Made by a program: the position numbers and the translations under genes
NCBI GenBank assembly: GCA_016928395.1
Contig: JAFGKV010000050.1
Span: 1-36,504, forward strand
Direction of reading: 5' to 3'
Origin: Candidatus Fermentibacterota bacterium
GTDB taxonomy: Bacteria > JAFGKV01
Length of the DNA: 36,504 nucleotides
Shown: positions 28,396 to 33,899 of the stretch, in pieces
Numbering within the stretch: the stretch's first letter is position 1
Layout of the letters: each line of letters begins with the position of its first letter
Notes under the pieces: model-generated
Told to the model about the DNA's origin: nothing
What the model saw: the letters and a program-made list of their open reading frames with translations, nothing else
Databases searched by the model: none

Positions 28396-29264
28396 GCGAC
28401 ACCTTGTGATGCGACCGTGTCGAAGCGGCCGGCGAGAGGGATCTGCACGACTGGGCAGACCGGGAGGCTCGCCTGAAGAGCCATGGCATCGCTCAGGGTT
28501 CCAACCCTGGCGACGGCTTGTACGATGTCAAGAAGCCGGGACAGAAGATCGGGGAAACGCAGGCCCTCGACCTCTGCGTGGGCACAGTAGCACGAGTACT
28601 CCCGGCAGGTCACCTCGCGTGCCACTCGGTTGGTGAGGATCTTCAACGATTGACCGGCGCGCACCGTCTCTTCGGCGGTGGGCAAGGTGACGGGCAGTTG
28701 AGGAGTGTGCATGCCGTCTGGCAGAAAGGGCGTGGAGCCTCGACAATCTGATGCATAGAGAAACCCCGCCTTGTCCACGGCTGCAAGGGTCTCTGGGGTC
28801 ACGATCCATCCGGGTGCGGCGAATGCCTTGGCCCGCTCTCCCAAAGCGGCGGCGAACGCGGCTTGGCCTCGGCGCACTTCCAGGTCTACTCGTTCCAGAG
28901 GCCATGCCCGGCAGCGGTGAATCCACAGCCAGTGATCATGCCCGTGCAGTGCCAGCTCATGCCCGAAGACCATGGGCCGCGCCACCCGCGCCGCAGCCGC
29001 CATGGAGCGGACGGGCACCGCGATACCCGCCATGAACGCGCTGACAATGCTGGCGCCGGCGGGTCGAAGCCGGAGCATCTGGCGTAGCCGATGGGGCTTT
29101 CCGATGATGCGTGCCAAAGCTAAGCCGGATCGATCCGGACCCATGGGCATCATCACCGTTGCCCGCACACCCCGCGATGCAAGAATGCGAAGCATGCTCG
29201 GGAGTCCAAGCATGAGACCGGTTGCCGTTTCCACGTCGATGCGCAGGGCGAAGTATGGTATCAC
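28392..29264 (-). CDS. ArnD-like polysaccharide deacetylase/deformylase
   Basis: ALRIDVET..G...G.P, MGPDRSG, GHELALHGHDH..W, AAPGW, YASDCRG..PF.P, Q.P.TLPT, HAEVEG, matching ArnD motifs. GTG start at 29264 is coupled. Confidence 0.85.
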   Translation of the reverse strand: MIPYFALRIDVETATGLMLGLPSMLRILASRGVRATVMMPMGPDRSGLALARIIGKPHRLRQMLRLRPAGASIVSAFMAGIAVPVRSMAAAARVARPMVFGHELALHGHDHWLWIHRCRAWPLERVDLEVRRGQAAFAAALGERAKAFAAPGWIVTPETLAAVDKAGFLYASDCRGSTPFLPDGMHTPQLPVTLPTAEETVRAGQSLKILTNRVAREVTCREYSCYCAHAEVEGLRFPDLLSRLLDIVQAVARVGTLSDAMALQASLPVCPVVQIPLAGRFDTVASQGVA

Positions 29265-29974
29265 TTCTGGAACCACCCGGCAGCGTACCATGCCCGGTGC
29301 CGGAGTGCAGGCACAGTGCCCATCAGTCTGGCGTCAAGATTCTGCAGCCATCGAACGGCAGGCGTCATCCGCCGCGAGAGGAGCACGACAAGAGGTGAGA
29401 GTAGGAAGAACCACGCCATCTCTTTTCGCATGAAGCCGCTTCCCAACGAATCCAGCTCTCGCGCGCTCAGGAAGCGAGGCCGCACATGCCGCCCCGGAAG
29501 CGCCCGCCTGGCCAAGGAGACCAGCGGGTGCCCGGCCAGTGGTTCCACCACGGCGAACACGCCTCCGGGCATGAGGACCCGATACACCTCCTCAACCACC
29601 GTGCGGGGCTCCACATGCATCAGCATTGTCTGTTCCCAGACTGCGGCCATCATACCGGTGCGGAGCGGAAGAACCTGCGCATCGGCCAGGACAAGCTGCA
29701 GGGTAGCCGGCCGACAGTTCACGATGTCCATGGCGTACGCCGCCGGATTCTGTTCGTCGGCACAGGTCGATTCCATGCCGCTGCCAAGCTCCAGAATCGA
29801 ACCCGGCGGTGCGCGACGGAGCCCGTCAAAGGCCCAGGACCTACATGGCCGAAGAAACCACTGATACCCGTAGGCCCTTCGTCCCGCCGCAGAATCGCCC
29901 CAGTACTCCCGAAAGAACTGGCGCTCCAGGGGTCTGACCCCTGACGATGTTGCCTCTGACAGTCCGCTGCTCAT
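29261..29974 (-). CDS. Class I SAM-dependent methyltransferase
   Basis: ILELGSG (motif I), ADAQVLPL, LMHV, EVYRVLMPGG.F...EP. ATG at 29974 forms an ATGA overlap with the upstream stop. Confidence 0.82.
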   Translation of the reverse strand: MSSGLSEATSSGVRPLERQFFREYWGDSAAGRRAYGYQWFLRPCRSWAFDGLRRAPPGSILELGSGMESTCADEQNPAAYAMDIVNCRPATLQLVLADAQVLPLRTGMMAAVWEQTMLMHVEPRTVVEEVYRVLMPGGVFAVVEPLAGHPLVSLARRALPGRHVRPRFLSARELDSLGSGFMRKEMAWFFLLSPLVVLLSRRMTPAVRWLQNLDARLMGTVPALRHRAWYAAGWFQK

Positions 29975-30717
29975 CGCCGGTCCTGCTGCGCCAAGAGAGG
30001 CGTAGAACGAAGCCTGACCCGGGCGCACAGGGTCAGCATGTCCAGCCCGACCCGCCCTATCCTGCCGGGTGAATAGCGCGATGCCCGACATGAGCCACCG
30101 CCGCATACGGGCACCTCCACAGGGTTCCTCGCCGACAGAAGACCGAGCCCTGGCAGACACGGGCCGAGTTCGCTCAAGTGGACACAGCGAGCGGCTGTTT
30201 CGTGGGCATAGAGTCTGAACATAGAGCCATGGTCTCGGATTGGGCTCGGGCGCAGCAGGTTGCAGCACATCCGCAAGACCAGCGACACCGCTAACCGGGT
30301 CACGGAGCGTCGGCGTCCCATGCGGTATCCCACGACAAGGTCAGCATGTCCAATCAGGGGAATCAGGAGGGCCAGTTGGTCGGGCGGGGGATCCATGTCG
30401 GCATCCATGGTGGCTACCATCGCAATGTCCGGCATCCGCAACGCGTGGGCCATTCCCCGCAGCACGGCGCGGTGTTGCCCTGATGGTAAGGGGCATCTGA
30501 CATGCGCAAACAGTCTCGTATCCAGCCCAGACAGGAGTATCGGAGTGGCATCGGAGGAGGCGTCGTCCGCGAACACGATACGAACCGGCCGGTCAGAGGC
30601 AGCGGTGAAGGCGCGCAGACTCGCCGCCAGGTCCGGCAACACGGCCTCCTCATTGCGAACGGGTATCACGACGGCAAGGGCACCACGCCCGCGTGCTTCG
30701 TCAGGAAGAGCAGTCAA
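29971..30717 (-). CDS. ArnC-like GT2 polyprenyl-phosphate glycosyltransferase
   Basis: VVIPVRNEE, DDASSD, GQHRAVLRG, TMDAD.DPP, D.VVGYR, DHGSMFRLY, SRYS. Probable TTG start at 30717 after GAAGG; the track start at 30798 lies inside a hairpin. Confidence 0.85.
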   Translation of the reverse strand: MTALPDEARGRGALAVVIPVRNEEAVLPDLAASLRAFTAASDRPVRIVFADDASSDATPILLSGLDTRLFAHVRCPLPSGQHRAVLRGMAHALRMPDIAMVATMDADMDPPPDQLALLIPLIGHADLVVGYRMGRRRSVTRLAVSLVLRMCCNLLRPSPIRDHGSMFRLYAHETAARCVHLSELGPCLPGLGLLSARNPVEVPVCGGGSCRASRYSPGRIGRVGLDMLTLCARVRLRSTPLLAQQDRR

Positions 30718-30785
30718 GGAACGTGACCTTCGCCCAGCGACCGGGTGAAAACAGGGCTTCCTGGCGGATCTGCGATGCCACAATG

Positions 30786-30818
30786 CCGCCCGCCCCACCT
30801 GAGACGGGGGGCGGGCGG
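30786..30818 (-). terminator. Strong GC hairpin after the PorV-family gene (terminator-like, no U-tract)
   Basis: 11-bp perfect stem CCGCCCGCCCC / GGGGCGGGCGG, 21 nt after the stop; followed by CATTGT rather than poly-U. Confidence 0.55.
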
Positions 30819-30839
30819 AGGAGGGGCCGGGACGCGTCG

Positions 30840-31760
30840 CTAAAAGCCTATGCCTAAGGAGAGGCGGTGCGTGTCCTGAAGCTTTGCGTACGGTACGTAG
30901 GCGTAGTCAATGGCCGCTGCCATCGAACCCAGAGAGGTCCTTAGCCCACCACCAAAGCTCAGGTCCTCGTCATCGTAGCGGATCTTATAGCCCGTGCGCA
31001 ATGCCACCATTTCCGAGTACCAGTACTCCATGCCCATGGTGTACCTTTCCTGGTTGTCGCTGGGATGGCTACCGGCAAAGGCGACAGTCAGACGGTGAGG
31101 CCCGCTATGCAGCGGGTCTATGGCGAACCCCAGATTGAAGTTGATGGGGAGGGGAAAACTCTCAGTGATGAAGGTCAGGTCCGGCCCGAAGTTCGTGACC
31201 GCCATCGCGATTCTCAGCGACTTGAAGCCTGTCTCATAGTTCGTACCGACATCCGCGGACCATCCGGTGGCATCCACATCGTGGGCATACAGCTGAATGT
31301 ATTTCGCCGTGATGCCAAAACTGAATTTGTCCGTGAGAAAGCGCGAATAGGAAAGGCCCACGGCCATATTGTGGGTGCTGAAGGTTTGCCCCGTTCCATT
31401 GGGGTAGAACGGCGTGGTGACCTCCATGTCGTCCATGTGAAGCAGGGTCGCCGACACCCCAACTACTCCGGCGTCTCCGGGCACAGGCATGGCGAATGCG
31501 AGGAATTCACACTTGATGTCCGCAGGCCACTCCGTATGGCTCAACAGGAGTTGCCGTTGGTCCACCAGGCTCAAAGCGCCCGGATTGTAGTAGATGGCCG
31601 CCGCATCGTCCGCCACGGCCAGGAATGCCTCCCCCATACCCACGGCCCGAGGCGAGACACCGATCTGAAGGAAATTGGCCCCAGTAGTTCCAACCTTTAC
31701 CTGGGCGCTGAGAGTCCCCGGTATGACGAGCAGGGCGGCCAGGATGGCGATCTTCTTCAT
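30840..31760 (-). CDS. PorV/PorQ-family outer-membrane beta-barrel
   Basis: Signal peptide, KVGTTGANFLQIGVSPRAVGMGEA, AIYYNPGAL, D.G..Y.TGF, N.GP, LP, ALRTGY, DYAY, terminal Phe beta-signal. GGGAGG RBS. Confidence 0.9.
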   Translation of the reverse strand: MKKIAILAALLVIPGTLSAQVKVGTTGANFLQIGVSPRAVGMGEAFLAVADDAAAIYYNPGALSLVDQRQLLLSHTEWPADIKCEFLAFAMPVPGDAGVVGVSATLLHMDDMEVTTPFYPNGTGQTFSTHNMAVGLSYSRFLTDKFSFGITAKYIQLYAHDVDATGWSADVGTNYETGFKSLRIAMAVTNFGPDLTFITESFPLPINFNLGFAIDPLHSGPHRLTVAFAGSHPSDNQERYTMGMEYWYSEMVALRTGYKIRYDDEDLSFGGGLRTSLGSMAAAIDYAYVPYAKLQDTHRLSLGIGF

Positions 31761-31774
31761 TGCAGTCCTCCCGG

Positions 31775-33886
31775 CTACTTCAGCACCACGAACTTGCCCA
31801 CCTCGATGGATCCCTTCTTGGGGCCTGAGGTGTATTCCACGCTGAAGAGGTAGATGTCACTCACGATGCTTTGATTGTTCCGGTTAATCATGTCCCAGGG
31901 TTCTCGGGGGCTTGACTCGTCAGCATGATAGACGGTGTCAACCAAGTCTCCGTCCAATGTGTAGATCCTGATGGTCGCGGTTCCCGGCGCCAGATTGATG
32001 AAGTCTATTCTGCGAGTATGCTCGCTCCACCGGACCTTCGGATCGTAGGCCTCCCACTGGAGACCTTCGTAGTCAGCGTCGATTCGGTATGGGTTGGGCA
32101 CGACCCGTACCGCAAGGTCAGAGTCCGTACCGAATTCATTGGCACCAGGAAAGATAGGGCCCAGTTCCAGGTAGTGCTTGAGAACCGAGCTCTCCAGGGG
32201 GCCGAGCCCCGAGCGTTCATCCCCCATGTCGAAGGCCACCACGGAGTAGTAGTACGGGTAGAGCGCAGTCAATCCTTCGTCTACATAGGTATAGGCGTAG
32301 GCGTCACCCGGAGAGCCCTGGTAGGGGGGAGGGGGCCATTCCGGCTCATAGTCTACCACATCGGGGTTCTGCGCCCACTCGTACAGGAGGGTGGAGCTTT
32401 CCAAGGTGCCGTAGCGGCTCCGGTAGATACGGTACCCTGCGAAGTCCTCCAACTGGGTGAACGGATCGATGCTTAGCTCCGAGTCACTGGACCAGTGGAG
32501 GGTGACTCTATTCTTGCCGGGAACGGCCATGACCTTGGGCGCAGACGGTGGAGGCGGGCCTCGGAAATCCGGTATGCCGTCACCTTCGACCCAGATAGTG
32601 TCTTCATTCACTATGCGGAACTCGCCGCGATACCCGTCGCCGTCTGTATCGATGCCCGGGATATCGTATACCCGGGCCGCCCACACGGCATTGGCGGCAA
32701 CGTCCAGGAAGTTGAAGACGCCCGGTGAGCGTACGAAGTTGGCGCCGCAGACATAGGCCAAGGTCACCGGGAGCGTGTCACCCGGATCGATATCGAACGG
32801 CCCGAATGACAACAGGTATCTCGTGTCTTCATAGGGCGTTCCCGCGGGGATCTGATCCGCAACTTCGACCTGATTCGGATCGAAATACCCGTTGGACATG
32901 ATGCGGTACTTGGCGGCATCGCCGTCGGGGGTGCCACCCACATCGGTCGGATCAGTCACAACCCTGGGGCCCCAGTCGCGCTGGGTATTGGTGTCGGAGA
33001 GCCACCAGTTGTAGCTCACGCGAAGGTCTGGATTCGGGGTGCGCACAATGCGCACGCCACTGACGCCGCTCGTGTTGTCGGAACCGTAGTAGTCGGAGAT
33101 CCAGGCGAGGTTGATGGTGATGGAGTCGCCGAAGACATCCACCGTCTTCTCGGCGAAGCCCGTGACGTCGTCCTGGGCCCCGTCGTGGATATCGGTGTTG
33201 GGACCGACGCAGTCGGCGTCGATATAGACGCCCAAATAGACATCGCGGATAGTCTTGTTATCATTCCGGATGTTCTTCACACTGAAGTCGAACAGGACGA
33301 AGTCCTCCGCGTAGGAATAACTCCATGAGTAGCTCCGCTGGGTCACCTCGATACCCATAGGCATGTGAGACGTCGGCACCTTGTCATACGTTTCCGAGGT
33401 AAAGGTGTCGGCGTACACCGCGACGTAGTCCTGCTCAGAGACGGCCCGGACGGCGATGAGCGAATCACTGCTGGAGATTGAGAGCGAATCGATGAGGCAG
33501 GGAATCGCCTTGTAGGTACAGGGAAACATCTCATTCTCATGCTGCCACCCATCGGCGCCAACGGACACCAGCGTATCATTGTCGACCACGCCGCCGATCC
33601 ACATGGCGCCCTGGAACAGATAGTCGATCCCTGAGCCCCCGGGGAACTCGCACTTGGGCAGCCATTGCTCCGTGCCCCGAACATCGGTCTGCTCGTCATT
33701 TCCGAAGAATCCAAAGTTGGAAATGGTGAGCCAGATATTGCCCACCATGTGGGTCTTCTGTTCTCGGGCCGGGTCATCGGCGCTGGGCGCCCGCTGGCCT
33801 GCTCCGCCGGGTACGGTGGCAGCCATGCGGGCCACGGCCGGCGTCGAAAGGAGCGCCAGGATCGCGGCAACTGTGCGCGGCTTCAT
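31775..33886 (-). CDS. Secreted 703-aa protein with FN3-like domain and T9SS-like C-terminal domain
   Basis: Sec signal (AVA), N-terminal GNIWLTISNFG..CEFPGGSG..YLF.G.MWIGG domain, PPPP linker, FN3-like V.L.W...DF.GYRIYRS...YYYSV.AFD, and C-terminal VVPNPY...IRIYTLDGDLV...WD.....SDIYLF.V...GKFVVLK. Confidence 0.85.
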   Translation of the reverse strand: MKPRTVAAILALLSTPAVARMAATVPGGAGQRAPSADDPAREQKTHMVGNIWLTISNFGFFGNDEQTDVRGTEQWLPKCEFPGGSGIDYLFQGAMWIGGVVDNDTLVSVGADGWQHENEMFPCTYKAIPCLIDSLSISSSDSLIAVRAVSEQDYVAVYADTFTSETYDKVPTSHMPMGIEVTQRSYSWSYSYAEDFVLFDFSVKNIRNDNKTIRDVYLGVYIDADCVGPNTDIHDGAQDDVTGFAEKTVDVFGDSITINLAWISDYYGSDNTSGVSGVRIVRTPNPDLRVSYNWWLSDTNTQRDWGPRVVTDPTDVGGTPDGDAAKYRIMSNGYFDPNQVEVADQIPAGTPYEDTRYLLSFGPFDIDPGDTLPVTLAYVCGANFVRSPGVFNFLDVAANAVWAARVYDIPGIDTDGDGYRGEFRIVNEDTIWVEGDGIPDFRGPPPPSAPKVMAVPGKNRVTLHWSSDSELSIDPFTQLEDFAGYRIYRSRYGTLESSTLLYEWAQNPDVVDYEPEWPPPPYQGSPGDAYAYTYVDEGLTALYPYYYSVVAFDMGDERSGLGPLESSVLKHYLELGPIFPGANEFGTDSDLAVRVVPNPYRIDADYEGLQWEAYDPKVRWSEHTRRIDFINLAPGTATIRIYTLDGDLVDTVYHADESSPREPWDMINRNNQSIVSDIYLFSVEYTSGPKKGSIEVGKFVVLK

Positions 33887-33899
33887 CGGTCACGCCTCC

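Noticed and set aside
28392-30717. Calling this a canonical arn (polymyxin-resistance) operon
   Set aside because: No arnA, arnB, arnT, arnE or arnF in the window, and the neighbouring GT-C has DUF2723 motifs. Gene symbols were withheld.
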